64,000 bases of DNA, from the NCBI GenBank assembly GCA_905178155.1, contig CAJINV010000004.1:938629-1002628 (forward strand), given 5' to 3'. The notes below the pieces were generated by a model. It was not told the DNA's origin and ran no database searches. It worked only from the letters and a program-made list of their open reading frames with translations. Numbering within the stretch: the first letter of the stretch is position 1; the number at the start of each line of letters is the position of its first letter. Both the position numbers and the translations under genes were made by a program. Shown one piece after another: positions 24,037 through 36,928 of this stretch. The stretch is from Amoebophrya sp. A120 (taxonomy: Eukaryota > Protista > Dinoflagellata).

Positions 24037-26193
24037 TTACCTGGAGGCTGAGCTTGAAGATTTTTGTCCCCACGAGCTTGGTTCTTGTGGTGACGGGAAT
24101 GACCAATGGGACTGGTGATGAAAAAACGGTTGCGGAGGTTGCGGATAAAAGGCTGCCGGCGGCGCTTGATGAAAGGGAAACGCTTGCGATTGGATTTGCG
24201 GCTGAAATGCGTGTGGTGGCGGTGGAAAAAGTAACACTTGATGTTGAGGTTGAAAATTAAAAACTTGCTCTGCGGGTCGTGGAGCGTGCGGATGAAAAAA
24301 TTCGTTTTGCGGAGAAGGCTGCGCGTCTCGGTTCATCCAGTTTTGGGGAATTATGTTGTTAATGGCACCATTCGCCTTCTTCCCGCCTCGCTGGCACCCT
24401 TCTGGACGAAAGCTCGCCGAGATCGGGCACCGCTTGGACATTTCTTGGTGCGCGGCCACCGACCCTGCACTTTGGAAGAACGCTCTGCAGCCCATGCAGC
24501 GGAACATCAACGGACAATTCTCCGTCTCAGTATCAGTGGCGGCGTCTCGTTCCTTCTCAAAAATGTCAGACGCAGAAGGCGATACAAATGGTGACAACAG
24601 CTGCAAAGATGACGCAGCCCCAGACCCTGTCCCCGCGGAGGACGAATTGCACGCTGCCAGAGCCGCCCGTAGTTGTTCGTCTAGCGTGCGTCCGTCTTTT
24701 CCCGTCTGGTTCTTTTTCTTCGTGTCGTTCACTACATCAACATCGTGCGTCGAAAGCACAAAAAGCCGATTATTTCTGACATACGCTTTTTTCTCATCAG
24801 CCGATAAAATGGAACAAGAGCCGTCACCAGCCTCGTCGTCTCCAGCAGGATTAGTTGCACTGCTATGCGGCTCCTGAACTGGTTCTATGCTCGCTTTTGC
24901 CAAAGCGGTTGTTGCCCTCCCCAATTCGGCGGCATCAAGCAGGCGAGCCGCCCGGACGGCCGCAGTCTCTTCTTTCCACCTTTTCATTTCCTCTTCAAAA
25001 ATCTCCTGCATGGAAGTCGTTTCCGCTACGCGCTCGGCTAGCTTGTGCTTGCGCTTCTTCGTGGTAGAGGTGACTTGCACATCGTGCTTCTCCAGTACCG
25101 CCTTCAGTTCCAAAGTCGTCAGTTCCATGGCGGTTTCCTTTTTCAGAGGTTTGTCAGGAATCTTTTGCTCCCGCAAAGTGTCCGTCGAAAGCGGTTTCAG
25201 AACCGCTGCGAACTTTTCCGCAACCTTCAACATCCTGAGAATCGCGTCGTACTTCCCGGTAGAGTTACACCGCTTGTACTCTTCCTTCTCCGGTGCAATT
25301 TTTTGTCGCCAGATTGACCCAGCCGCAGTGGCGGTGCACATCAAACTACCAGGCATCTTCCTCTCCGCGCCCGCGTTGGCGCCCCGAATAAGCAACTCCA
25401 GCACCATCTCCACGTGGCCCTCTCGCGCCGCGGCGAGCAACGGGGTGTCGTCCTGCCATCCAGGTCCTTTGCGACGGGCCTCGACGTTGTCGTCCTCAAG
25501 GCGCTTGCATGGGTGCTGGTCGAGAATTTTCTTTACAAACTCCACATCCCCATCCCGTGCGGCTTGGACGATCCGCGGATGTAGTTCGTCGGCCGGGTCG
25601 TATGTTGTACTTCTTGCGGGGGTAGAACAACAATAACTCGCGCTGCTTCTATCATGTTCACCTGCCAGCAGTGTAGTCGTGGTAAAGCAAGACGCAGACT
25701 GCTCCCCCATCAAGGGCCCCTCTCCTCTGCCGGACAGGTTTCTTGAGTCTGTCGTGGCTCTATCAGTTGAGGCTCTCTCCTCGTTTCCCGCCATTATCGC
25801 TTTACTTCCAGCAGATGCAGCAGGAGCAGCAGAGGTGTTTATTTTAGTTTTGCCGTCCTTTTTGATGGTTTCTTTGCTTCTCCCCGTGGTGGCAAGAACA
25901 GCCTTTACTTTCATCCCGTTCTTTTGATGAAGGCCGTGCACTTGCTTCCTCTCCGCACGGCGGTCCAGCGCTGGCTTCTTCAGCTGCGCGTCGTTCCATT
26001 CTTGCCTTTTCTGCTTTGCTTTCTCTTCGCCGAAAATCTGAAAGGCAAGTTGTTTCTTGCTCGAATAATCTGCGCCGCAGAGCAGCTCCCCCTCGTTCAG
26101 ATCGGAGTCGCCAGACTCGTCGGAGTCCCAATCAAAGAAGTCGGAGTCGCAGTCCGATGAGTCGTCCGGGTTGATGTAGCTGAAGTAACCCAT
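24037..26193 (-). CDS. Ankyrin-repeat protein with acidic N-terminus, C2H2-like finger and Q/P-rich tail (no introns seen)
   Basis: RIVQAARDGDVEFVKKIL; TPLLAAAREGHVEMVLELLIRGA; CMGC...H...CP; ATG at 26193 chosen by comparison with the copy at 18666. Confidence 0.8.
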   Translation of the reverse strand: MGYFSYINPDDSSDCDSDFFDWDSDESGDSDLNEGELLCGADYSSKKQLAFQIFGEEKAKQKRQEWNDAQLKKPALDRRAERKQVHGLHQKNGMKVKAVLATTGRSKETIKKDGKTKINTSAAPAASAGSKAIMAGNEERASTDRATTDSRNLSGRGEGPLMGEQSASCFTTTTLLAGEHDRSSASYCCSTPARSTTYDPADELHPRIVQAARDGDVEFVKKILDQHPCKRLEDDNVEARRKGPGWQDDTPLLAAAREGHVEMVLELLIRGANAGAERKMPGSLMCTATAAGSIWRQKIAPEKEEYKRCNSTGKYDAILRMLKVAEKFAAVLKPLSTDTLREQKIPDKPLKKETAMELTTLELKAVLEKHDVQVTSTTKKRKHKLAERVAETTSMQEIFEEEMKRWKEETAAVRAARLLDAAELGRATTALAKASIEPVQEPHSSATNPAGDDEAGDGSCSILSADEKKAYVRNNRLFVLSTHDVDVVNDTKKKNQTGKDGRTLDEQLRAALAACNSSSAGTGSGAASSLQLLSPFVSPSASDIFEKERDAATDTETENCPLMFRCMGCRAFFQSAGSVAAHQEMSKRCPISASFRPEGCQRGGKKANGAINNIIPQNWMNRDAQPSPQNEFFHPHAPRPAEQVFNFQPQHQVLLFPPPPHAFQPQIQSQAFPFHQAPPAAFYPQPPQPFFHHQSHWSFPSPQEPSSWGQKSSSSASR

Positions 26194-26869
26194 CTTGTCT
26201 TTATTGAAATAAGAATAAGTAACAAAAACTACCTTTGGCTGTAAGTGCGTCCACGACCACGACTCTACTTGTACTGAGAAGTAAATATTGCAATCGACCA
26301 CAGCAGGCCATTAACCTTTGAAATCCTTTCTTCACCTCTTGTATGTTGACATCGGCGAATAATTCATGATTTTAACGTCGGGGGGCGGTAAAAATAAAAA
26401 TAAAAACGTAAAACTTGCACCATTGTTCTTGTCATTGTCCTCGTTGTATCGATTGGGATTGACGCTAGGGCTTGCACCAGAAAGTAAAGCAATTCTCGTT
26501 GCCATTGTATGTTCGCATTCGGTGAAGAACAAGTAGTAGGTTAAGATACATTGATTCAGAACTGCGCCAACACGGGTTTGAGCGTACTAAGCTCAAAACA
26601 TGCATCTTCAAATTTGTTGAGGACAACACGAAGAACACGGCTACAAATCATGCTGGCCACCGGCCTGACCCGGCGTATTCGCAGAAGCGCAACTAGTTCG
26701 AACAATGTACTTTATCTTGGGCCGCTTCTGTCAATGGTCTGTCATTTGCGACCATCTGTGTTTTTCGCGTCATTTCTCCTCGTAACAAGAACAAGACGAA
26801 TAGCGTTTTTACTTCTCCGAAAAAGATGACGAGCACCGTCCTTCTCAACATCTCCATCATTTCTTGCAA

Positions 26870-28918
26870 CTATGGTCGCGGGAGGCGCCCCCTGAAGGCG
26901 TTGTCTTCGTGGTTCACACGATACGCAGACTGCTCGTCGCTCGAGACCCAAGTCTCACCGCTTGGGTTGTCGGGTTTCATTCGCGAAGCCTGGCGGTTGT
27001 TAGGAGGGTTGCGGGGCAGGGATTTGCTCCCGGGGTTGTAACGGGGGGTTACGGCGAGCTGATTCAGCTGGTTTTTCGCATCCTCGACCGCCACCACGCG
27101 ATCTCTTGCTGCAGCTGCTTCGGCTCTTGCAGCTTCGGCTCTTGCAGCTTTGGCTCTTGCAGCTTCGGCTTCCTCGTCTTCCAGTCCTTTGTCCGTCTCC
27201 CGTTGAAACTCTTCCCACTCCCGGTCTGATTCTTCGGTAGATGTGCCGCGTTCGCGGCCGGCGCGTCCACAGTTACAAGATGAAAATATGACTGGACACA
27301 ATAACAAACAACTGCCATTAGAGTGATCTTTGCTGTTCGCGCCCTTTTTAGGCATGATCACGCAGCAATGTTCTTTCCTCTTTCTTGGATTTTTTTGCCG
27401 CGATCTCATGAATTCAAAAAGCAACACGCAGACAGAAGATTACGCGCCACTTCTTGAATGTGCTGCGTGTTCAAGCAGAGGCATGGCGAAGCGCCTGCGT
27501 TTTTAGCCAGCATGCCGGTATTTTTTTGAAGAGAAGTTGTTATATCATTTTGTCCATTCATACAAGGAAGCCACCTGTTCCACATGGAGCTTGCACGCAG
27601 CTCGAGAAAAGAGCCTTCGGGGGCCTCGGCGTGTGCAGTAGTTATCCCGGCAGTCGGAGAAACTGTCGCCGCGGTGGCTCTCGTCGCCATGATTTGCTTC
27701 GTCCACATGCGTAGGGCAGGATTGTCATCGCAAAATTTTGAGTCATTTCACAGCATATCCATATCCATATTCGCAGTCGTGCTCGTGCAATTCTATTCAA
27801 AAATAACATGATCGGCAACGTCGGTTCCGGAAACCGAAACACAGCATCTTCCATGTCGTGCACAGGTTAGCTTTTGCGCGGGGGCAACATATTCATACAT
27901 AAAAGGAAAACTATCACTTGATGAGACAAAACTACTTTTTCACAACCATATGCACTCGCGTTGACGCCGTCGGGCATTTGCTCGGCGCGGGGGGGGGGGC
28001 AACCGCAGCGGTGCTGTACTGGTCCATCAGACAGGGACACTCCTGCTCACTCAGCTTCCCGTCCCGGTTCTGATCGCGCGCGACGAAGTAGTCGAGCAGG
28101 CCGTACTGGTAGGACACCACGACGTTCTCCGCTCGAGCGGTGAAAGTAATGCCATTCACCGGGTCCGCCAACATGCTCACTATCACTTTTACCTGAGAGG
28201 TATACAGATGTGGCAATCGGGAATGAATGCCGGGACTGCAACCCAACATCAGATCTTTTCTACTTATGGCATTTTGCAGTCCTCGTCGGAGGTATTTGGT
28301 TTAACTCTATATAGCGGAACAGACAAAAAAGCGCATGATCACCAATTTGTTCATCACCTGCGGCGCCGGGTACCCAGCGTCGACCAAAGCTTGCTCCTGT
28401 TGCGTCGCATCGTGGTCTTTCTCTTTCATCAGAAGCTCGTACAGGGCAGCCTTGTTAGCGGCAGAAGGGTGAGAAACAGTCGGTGGAGAATGCAGATTCG
28501 TAGTTGTCGTGGGGCCGTTAACGTTATCTGAAAGTGAAATTGATATCAGCATATCATTCTTGATTCTCATTCTTCTTCTTACAGCTAAATGTCCTTCTTA
28601 CGTGTCCGCATGAACAATTCTCGAAAGAAAATTGAAGTAAGTATCTGCGAGTTGCAACATTCATGTACCGGATTTTCCGCGCAGATTTCCGGACACTGGA
28701 ACAAGCAGCTGGAGAAACTGAAACGCGAGGAAAGGCCAGGCAAGGAGACACAGGAACCCTGCCCTCTTCAGGTGGGTGGAAACCAAGAAGTTGTACTGCC
28801 GCGCCATCTTCTTCTTCTTCGACCGGGTGTACGTAGGCTGATGAGGTTTACCTGCTCGTCGGGGACGGGGGGCTCTTCTTTTCGAGGAAGTAGAAGTACT
28901 AGCAGTCCTTGCTCCCAC
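26870..28918 (-). CDS. Hypothetical protein(s) with signal anchor, EF-hand and EAARA repeats; exon structure unresolved
   Basis: Hydrophobic FLCLLAWPFLAFQFLQLLVP; EF-hand loop DQNRDGKLSEQE near 28040-28076; GT-AG-like junctions; may be two genes. Confidence 0.4.
27117..27170. repeat. 15-bp coding minisatellite (AEAAR)
   Basis: GCTTCGGCTCTTGCA, about 3.6 copies. Confidence 0.8.
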
Positions 28919-29608
28919 TTGTTCAACTTCTACTAGTCATTCATTTTTATCGTCTTCCTCTCCGGAGATACAAATCATTAAATAAAGTCTCAATTCTACA
29001 GCTAATTGCTTGTTGTGGAAACGGATACCCTTGTCCTTCTCGTGAAAAGAAAAAATAAAAAACGCACGCATCCACTACGTATGTAAGTATAAGAAAAGCT
29101 ATCTTCACACCGCTCGACGCCCGTGCGAGCGCCTCTCAAGATTCATCTATTTTTCGTTTTCCTCAAAATCAGAAAATTCGTACTCTATTTCTATCTCTTT
29201 CCCCCCGAGAATACCGGTCGTCGACTCGAATAAATTAAGGAATACGAGAAACGATAGTGATGACCATTTCATGAAGAAGAATCAAACCCTTACATCACGA
29301 CGACCTACAATGCTCGAAAGACAGAGAGCACACAGCACGTACAACGTCGACCAAAGAGGAATAAGCATGACACCAGCTTTTAGACAGGGTACCGAGGATG
29401 TTAGTGTTACCGATGGACGCATCGTAAATCCTTCGCCCGTTTGATGTTCTATTTGTCGCTAGATGTAATGGAGCTTGCGTCTGCCTTTGCTGGCGTAAAG
29501 AGACGCTCCATATTATATCTCGTTCCAGTCGACCAGACAGATGGCTGCAAGAACGTTGACACGGCGGGTTGTTCACATTTACTTGTATATCGTTTTTGTT
29601 GCAGTCTG

Positions 29609-32600
29609 TCACACCCTAGATGGTGCACCGCTTCCTGCCAACCCCTCTCTTCTCCGAATTTCTTCCGTAAAGACCTTCAAGTCATCCCTTAACCGCAAGT
29701 TGTCCTCAGTGGTCGTTGCGAGAATTTGCCGTAACTCCAGCAATTCGTTCTTCAGATCCGAATTCTCAGCCTCCAAGCGTTTGTTTACTGCAACCGCCGG
29801 CGGGTTTAGCAACGGTTGCAAACTTCTGTTCAACGCGGTGAAATTTGCCGTTTGAAACGTCGTCGACGCGTGGGCGAGCGAGGTCGCTGCGGACGCGGAG
29901 GATTGGGACACAAAATTTTGAAATCGCCGACGCATTTCCAGCAGGTGCTCTGAGTTCTGCAAGTAGGGCGCGACCGGCAGATCTTGATCTACGGCGAGGT
30001 CGGTGCTTGTTGATAGAGCTGCCTCATCGGGAGTAGATGAGGAGGCGCGCGGCGAGGTAGGAGCAGTTGAGGGTCGCAGCTGCGGGCCTGCTGTTGTTAC
30101 AGTGGCGCTTGTTGTGAGCGACGATGACGAAGCTGCGGGATTATCTGCGATGCTGGTTGCAGTGACAGTTTTCTGTGGCGAAACAGAAACTGCACGCCGG
30201 GAGGTGGCGGACAGAGTAGGTGGAGGTGGTGGCGGTACACTTGCTCCTGCAACCACTGAAGATTCCCTCTGCTGTAGTACAACACTAGAATGGAGCTGGT
30301 TCTTCGCTTCCTGTAACCCTCGGACTTGTGTTTTCAAACTTTCCACGAGACTCTTCAAGTCCTCGATGGTCTTCGCGTCGCGCTGCTTTTGCCGATCGCA
30401 GGCCACGTTCGCCTCTTCCAGAGCGGCGCGAAGGGCTTCTACTTCTGCAGCGGACGAGGGGGTGTTTGGATTATCTCCCGCATCGTGTGCGATAGCGATG
30501 TTGTTGTCCTTGGCAGAGGTCATATTGCTGGTTTTTGTAGGCGCCAACAACCCAGCAGACCTATTGTCTCCTTCCGATTGCTGGAAAAGCGGAGGACGGG
30601 GGTCACCGACCACTCTAGTCAGCGCTTGCAGCGAGAATTCTTCCAGCTCAGCCAGCGGCGAGAACTGGACGAATCCGATGCCACCAGACAGCTCTGATCC
30701 TCGTCCTCTGTTCTGGGATAGAAGTGGCGGTGGCGAGGACGCAATGGTTTTTTGTGCTGCTTCGTCTTCGAGCCCACCGTGCAGCGCTCCGCCAGCTGTC
30801 GTTATCATTTCCTCTGATGTATTTGCCGTTCCCGTTGCCCGTGCCGCCTTTAGCTGTTGCTGTGCCAGTGTCTGTACCTGTAGTGATTCTACTCCTCGCA
30901 TTACCCTAGCAAGAAAGTCCTCCTGCAGCATCCTACTTCGTTCCTGCTCCCACCGGCTCACCGTACTGCTTAACTCCGCCTTTTGCTTGCTCAGCTTCCA
31001 CACCTGCTGCTTCAAGCTCCGTAACGAGTTCTCGCTGCTCGCCACTGTCGTTTTCAGCACAAAGTTCTCCCTTATGCATGTGTAAATAGGTCTGGGTCTG
31101 GAAGGCGAAGGGTGCAAACTTCTCATGCTGATTTTCTATTATATAATTTCACCTTCTCTGCGCAATTCACCCATAGAGTGAACGCGCGCGCAACCAACGG
31201 AAGCGAATGACGTGCAGAAGCGCGTCGCAGTGATAGTCGCAAGACCTCGAGCGACAGTCACAATGGCAGCCAAGAGAGAACCCGGCCGGCACAACGAGCT
31301 ACGGGTAGCAGGCCATGCAAGCCAGGCTCTCGACCCCCACAGAGCCATGCCCCGGACATAGAGGTGGCCCAAGCCGCGAGACGCGACTGGGGCCGCCGAA
31401 TATCTTCCCCAAATGCGACTAAACAAAGGGGGCAGCCCGCACTGTCGGGGACAGAGAGCAGGGCGCACGGGGCGGCGTAGCAAAGTAGCGAGGCTTGTGG
31501 AATCGTGCCGGGACATATCCCCGCGACACAACCCGGGAACCGGGTGAGGATAGTGGGGGCGTGCTCCCAAATGTGACTAAATAAGTAAGGCCCGGGAGGG
31601 TTCCGCGGTCTCCTCTCGTGGCGGAAGCAGCACAAAGCACTGCGCGACCGACCACGCGTCTCGGTAAGTAGACGCTATCTGTCGTAGCTGTGTTTCGTTT
31701 AAATTTCGCAAAGGCCACAAAAGCGTCCCCAGGCCCGTTGGATGAGTCAGGATCTCCTGGGAGACCCCGAAGCAGGAGAAGAACGAACCTGTTCACAGAA
31801 GCAAAAGAGCATCTATGCAGCGCTCCCTCTCGCCCCCACACCAACCGCTGAACCCCTCGACTGCGTCGACTGCATTCAAGCAATCAACACCGGCGGACCG
31901 ACGCCGAGGAGCGAAGGACGGAGTCGCGAAGCCGATAGGCCACGCTCCTCAGCTCTCCTTCCGTGTCAGCACACCTGATACTTCCACACGAAGTGCTACC
32001 TACAACATGCCCTGCAAGATGTAAGCAAGCATCCATGTGGAAGCTGCAACGAAGGCGTCACGAGCTCCGAAGAGCAGCAACAACGACGTCGCGGACGCCC
32101 AACCCCACCCCAGCACCCGCAGGCGACGTCATCGAAGTCACACGCGCAGGCGAAGGCACACACCAGCAATAACCTGCGCCCCAGGCATGCGACCCACTGC
32201 TACAAACCGCCGCGCCTGCGGGGCTGTGGGGTTGCGCGTCCAGGGTGCTGGGCGGTGTGGTGTGAGGGCTGGCCCTGGTACTTAATATATCTGCGTGCCC
32301 ATCGGGCACGCAGACCATTGCGTTTCGTTTCGGTGACTCTATTTGTAGTCAGATCGTAGTGTGTATGTGATGCGGCCCATCGGGCGGCCCCTGCCATTGG
32401 CAGGGGCTAAATACATGGCGCGGGGGTGCCTTGTTTTTTGCCTCGTGTTCCTGTGTGTCTGTCTGTACTTAGCCCCGGCTTATGACCGTCGGCGCGATCT
32501 TTTGCCGGCTGCGGTAGGTTGCCGCTACACTGGCCCCGGACCCCTGTGACAGGGACCTTGCGGGCATCGCCCTAGTAGGATACCAGTGGCTATTTCACAG

Positions 32601-35600
32601 CCTTCAGTGAGGCCTTCCCATCGTAATGGACCGCGGCGCCCCCGCTCGCGCGAATCCATTTACGACAGACGAGCGCCTTGCTACTGCATGTCTGCCGCAT
32701 CGCGGCGTGCATCGACAAGCAGAATCGCGAAGCGCCCGCGACACACAGAGCGGCAGGCCGCAGACGAAGCTGCGCTGTTTTCCGATGTGTCTTGCCGATA
32801 GCGGGCCTGGCCAATAGGCCAAGATAACGCCGGGCCTGTGCCCCTAACGGCGTGAAGAACCTCTGCTACACCCACATCGTGGGCAGTCGGGTTCTCCACT
32901 CCCCGGCCAGTGGTGCTCGCGAGAACCGAGAGCGCGTCATCGACGTGTGTGTACCACTGAACGGAGATAGCCTGGAGGGTAGTCGAAGAACGCGAACTCT
33001 CTCTCCGCACTGTGAGAGCTGCACAACAACTTCCTTCCCACCGGGACATCACCCCCTGTCAGGATAATGCCCTGGCGCTCGGCGGTAGGGCCGAGCTACG
33101 TGCACACGGCAAGGCGCACGCCGTCTGTTCTGACCTGCCCATGGCTTGGGCAGCTCAATGGCAACGGGACCACCGGAGCTCTTTGCTTGCCGCACACTGC
33201 ATTGATCCACGCTAAGGATCGGCAGCGCCGGAAACGACAAGGCGGAACTGCGAAGCAGAACCAGAGCGAAGGCCTGAGGCGCACAAGTACGCCTCGCTTT
33301 CTCATCGAGACACTCCTCCGTCAAATATCCACTCTCCGAGAACCGAAGAGACGAAAAAACGCAAAATCTAGGCGAGCCAAGACAATGCGGTATTTCTGGA
33401 AAAAGGACAGAGACCCAGCCGAAGCTGGTCGACACCGGGCAGCCAGCCCGGTGTCGGAGTGTGCAACCCTCTTGCTTGATCATGTGAACTGATATAATCG
33501 CTACGCGACGCATATGGAACAGATACAGAGATGAGTAGAAACCTGTTTTACATAGAAGAAGGCTGCACAAGGTGCGTAGTTCTTGCCTCTTGGACGAGAG
33601 GGCATTTCTTATGCAGGCTAGGCACGGGGAAGCAGCCTCTGCAGAACTTCTTAATCTTAATCTTATGCACATGCTATATGTGTGCACCTGCACTCATCCA
33701 AAAATTCTGGCAGAGCTGGCAGATCCAAAAACCACATGACAAACTCTACTTCCACTCCCAACAAAAATATTTTTTGCAATCCATATCCCGCATCTGCTCC
33801 TGTTGCTCGCGAACCTGCTGCTGTAGCTGCTCATTCTGCTGCTCCAGGGCTTTCAGCTTCAACTGGTGGAGGCTAGTACTGGATGGGTTCTGCTGGTGCG
33901 GAGGAGGAGGATCTGCACGACCGTGCTCCCCACCTGCAGGATTGTTGTTCGCCCCGTTAGTCTTCATCGCTTTGCTCGAGCTTGAACTTGATTGACCTCC
34001 CTTGTTTCCCCCGGTCGTCGTCCCTTCCTGCTCCGCGACGCGCTGGGCGAGGCGTCGCAACTGCTTGGTCTGCATCTCGAGGACCTCGTTAGCGCGGAAG
34101 AGCTCAGTTTCCAACGTGCGAATCCGCAATTTGTGCTCGAGAACGGCTTCGGAGGCGGAAGGAGAAGGACTCGTACCACGATCTTTCTCGCGGTCCTGAT
34201 TCAATGTAGAAGTTTCGTCTTGTTTTATTGCGGTACTTGATTTACTTGGAGTTGGCTTGGCACCGGAAGATGAAGTAGACGAGGTCGCGCCCTTCTCGGT
34301 CGCGGCCTTTTCGGTCGCGGCGCCGGCGACAAGAGCGACGTCTTCAGCAGGTGCTGCTGTACTGCTATCCTCCGGCGGCGGCTTTTGGAGGGTTTCTTTG
34401 TCCGCAGATGAAGATGACGATTTTTCCGCACCAGATGAAGATGAATGAAGATTCATTGACACGGGATGTTGATCCCCGTCTAGTACACCTTGCGCGGCTG
34501 GAAGCTCAAGCTGCTCGTGATCTTTTTCCTGCTGCTCCTGTGGCATTGACGCCGCAGTACCAGACGCAGCAGCAACTATCCCGGCGGTATTCGTTGCCGA
34601 ACTCGCCGCGGTGCAGCTCGTTTCCGCAGTTGTACTAGGGGAGGTCGAAGCTGAAGCTGCATTAGTACTCCCTGGCGGAAGGTCTGCTTCTGTGTCATGT
34701 CGTTCCTCTCGCACCTCGAGAAGAGGTGTTCCCAGCAAGTTTGCACTTGCTGCTTTTCGGTCAGCAGCAACACTTTGATTTTCTGAACCACAACCAGGTT
34801 CTTGAGGAGTATCAACAACTACCTCAAGTAGATCTCTCGACGACAACGCTTCGTTGCTTTCCTCCGTCTTTGCGGGTGTCGTCGTGACCCCACTGGCTTC
34901 GTCGATTCTCTTCGACGTCTCCTGACCAGACTGTGCATCTTGTGCGGCCGGTGGTGCAGCAGCTACGGAAGTGGTCGAAGATTCATCTACTGCAGCAGAA
35001 GGAACATCAGCGGAACAACTACCACGTCGCAACTTGTTCCGCTTTTCTTGTTCCCGCTCCTTCTCGATGTTTCGGTAGTGCTCCCGCGCCATTTGCATCG
35101 CCTCCTGTTCCTGGGAGACCAGCCCGGCCTGGTAAACCTCTTGCATGGTGTGCAGTTTCTCCTGCAATTCTCGCACTTCCAGCTCTAGTTCCCTGTTCTT
35201 CTTCTCGGATTCGACCTTCTCCTTCCGTAATTCATCCAATTCTACGGCGGCTTGCTGGTTCGCTGCACTCGAGCTGCTGCTATCACGATCCTGATGCACC
35301 ATCAAAATTTTCCGCTTCTCGATCACTTTTGGCGGGGGCGCGGCGATCATGGCGGATGGTACTATCATGGATGGGTCAGCACGACCACGGCTTGATGTCG
35401 CAGTTGTTGTGCCACCAGCAGTTGTGACGACCCCTGCGCCAAGCGGCTGCGAAATGAACCCAGCCGCCACCTTTGCGCGATTTGCTTCCAACAATTCCGG
35501 CACTTTCTGCAGCTGTCGCGAGAGTTGCTGGTTCTCGTGCTTCAGGCGGAGCATTTCCTTCTGGAGGGATTCGAAGTCCTCGCGCTTCAGCGTGTGCCCA

Positions 35601-36010
35601 TGCGTCATCAGTTGCTGCCGGGGGGAGAGCAAGGCGTTCGTTTGCGGAGAGCTTGGCACGATGTGGGGGAGTAGTTTCTGCATACTGTGTTTCATCTCCT
35701 CCCGCGAGGCGCCGGCCGGCACTGGAATCTTCAGCGGCGATGTAGTTAGGTGGGTCGAAGTAGAGGAAGCAGCAGCAGCAGTAGTTCTTGCACCACCAGG
35801 AAGGGTCGTGGGTGAAGAACCTCCTGCAAGAACGACATCTTCATTCGAGGGAAAATTATGCAGGTCTTGCACGCCGGTTAGCGGGCGGTAGGAGGTGTCT
35901 GCGGCCCCCTCGGACTTTGTATCATCCGCGTCGGTCTCCGAAGAACCTCCACTCGAAGTGACCGAGGGGGACGAATGACTGCTCGTGTTAGACGATGAGG
36001 ACGTCGACAT
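29609..36010 (-). CDS. Coiled-coil, S/T/A-rich hypothetical protein (two large exons)
   Basis: ORFs 33746-36142 and 29609-31126 join as QQEQMRENFVLK when 31073-33785 plus one DR copy is removed. Confidence 0.75.
31073..33785. mobile_element. Family B introner enlarged to 2.7 kb by a nested insertion
   Basis: TATGCATGTGTAAATAGGTCTGGGTCTGGAAG...TTTTTTGCAATCCATA; DR TCCCT/TCCCG. Confidence 0.8.
31148..33491. mobile_element. GC-rich nested insertion of unknown class
   Basis: Flanked by ATATAAT at 31141-31147 and 33492-33498; composition differs from the host intron; no intact ORF. Confidence 0.6.
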
Positions 36011-36928
36011 TTTTTTGGCGTAGTAGTTGTAGAGGGTGTTGCGTTGCCCCTTTCTAGTAGCGTAAAGGTAAAGACAAAATGTATGAGTACCAATAAGAAT
36101 AAATGCGCATTCCGTGATAGAAAACGCGTGGCTTGTTTGCATCGTTGTAGTTTAAGAGATTTTGATTTAGTAAAAACTGGATAATGCTACCGAAGTGGCA
36201 ATGAAAGCCTATCCTCAATCGTAACTAGCCAACAGAAAGTAGAAATTTGTTCCTCGACGAGACCACACTCACTAGGCTGCTTCTATCAGCAGCTCCTGCC
36301 CACCAGTGCTGCTGTCATAATTTTCTGCCCGAAACTTCTTCTAGCACCGTGGTCGCGGCCCCAGGTTGTTGTATCGCCCACTCTAGTATCGCGAAACTCA
36401 AATACTAGTATGCCAAGGTGAACATGAACGCCCACTGATTTCTCGGAGTCGGACTCATCGGACGCTATTTTTGAGGTCCCCTGCTGCAGTAGGAATTTTG
36501 CTTATAATCGTGTTTCATTTCTTCCTCAGCTTTTTATACACATTTTCATGACATCAACCACGTCAGTCGTGTCGTCATTTTGACACAGCCGAGAAAGTCT
36601 CATCTGCTCGATGTCTCTCGTGCGTGGAGGTCAGCGCGTAACATGTTGATCCACCACGGCTCACTGCAGAACCAACTGTCTGCTACACGTACTTCAACTC
36701 GGCTCGCCAACCACACGACGTATCTGAATCTGTATCATCAATCAATCAAACCAATAAATTGTCGCCAAAGGCTTATTTGCAATCGAATCAATTGTCAAGT
36801 AGAGGCTTTCAATATCGAACTGGAATCGGAGTTGTACAAGAGGCTTTTTTACGCGAGTAAAAACTCAGGTCTATACAGGTTTGCAAACTAGAACGTAAAA
36901 ATTAAGGTTGATACAAGACGACTTTCAT

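Noticed and set aside
30003-31085. Long plus-strand ORFs (also 24887-25636, 49373-50164 and others)
   Set aside because: They are antisense shadows of minus-strand coding regions, with no domain signal.
32681-33052. HVDD motif suggesting a copia-type reverse transcriptase in the nested insert
   Set aside because: No other RT, RNase H or integrase motifs, and no TG...CA LTR ends are visible.
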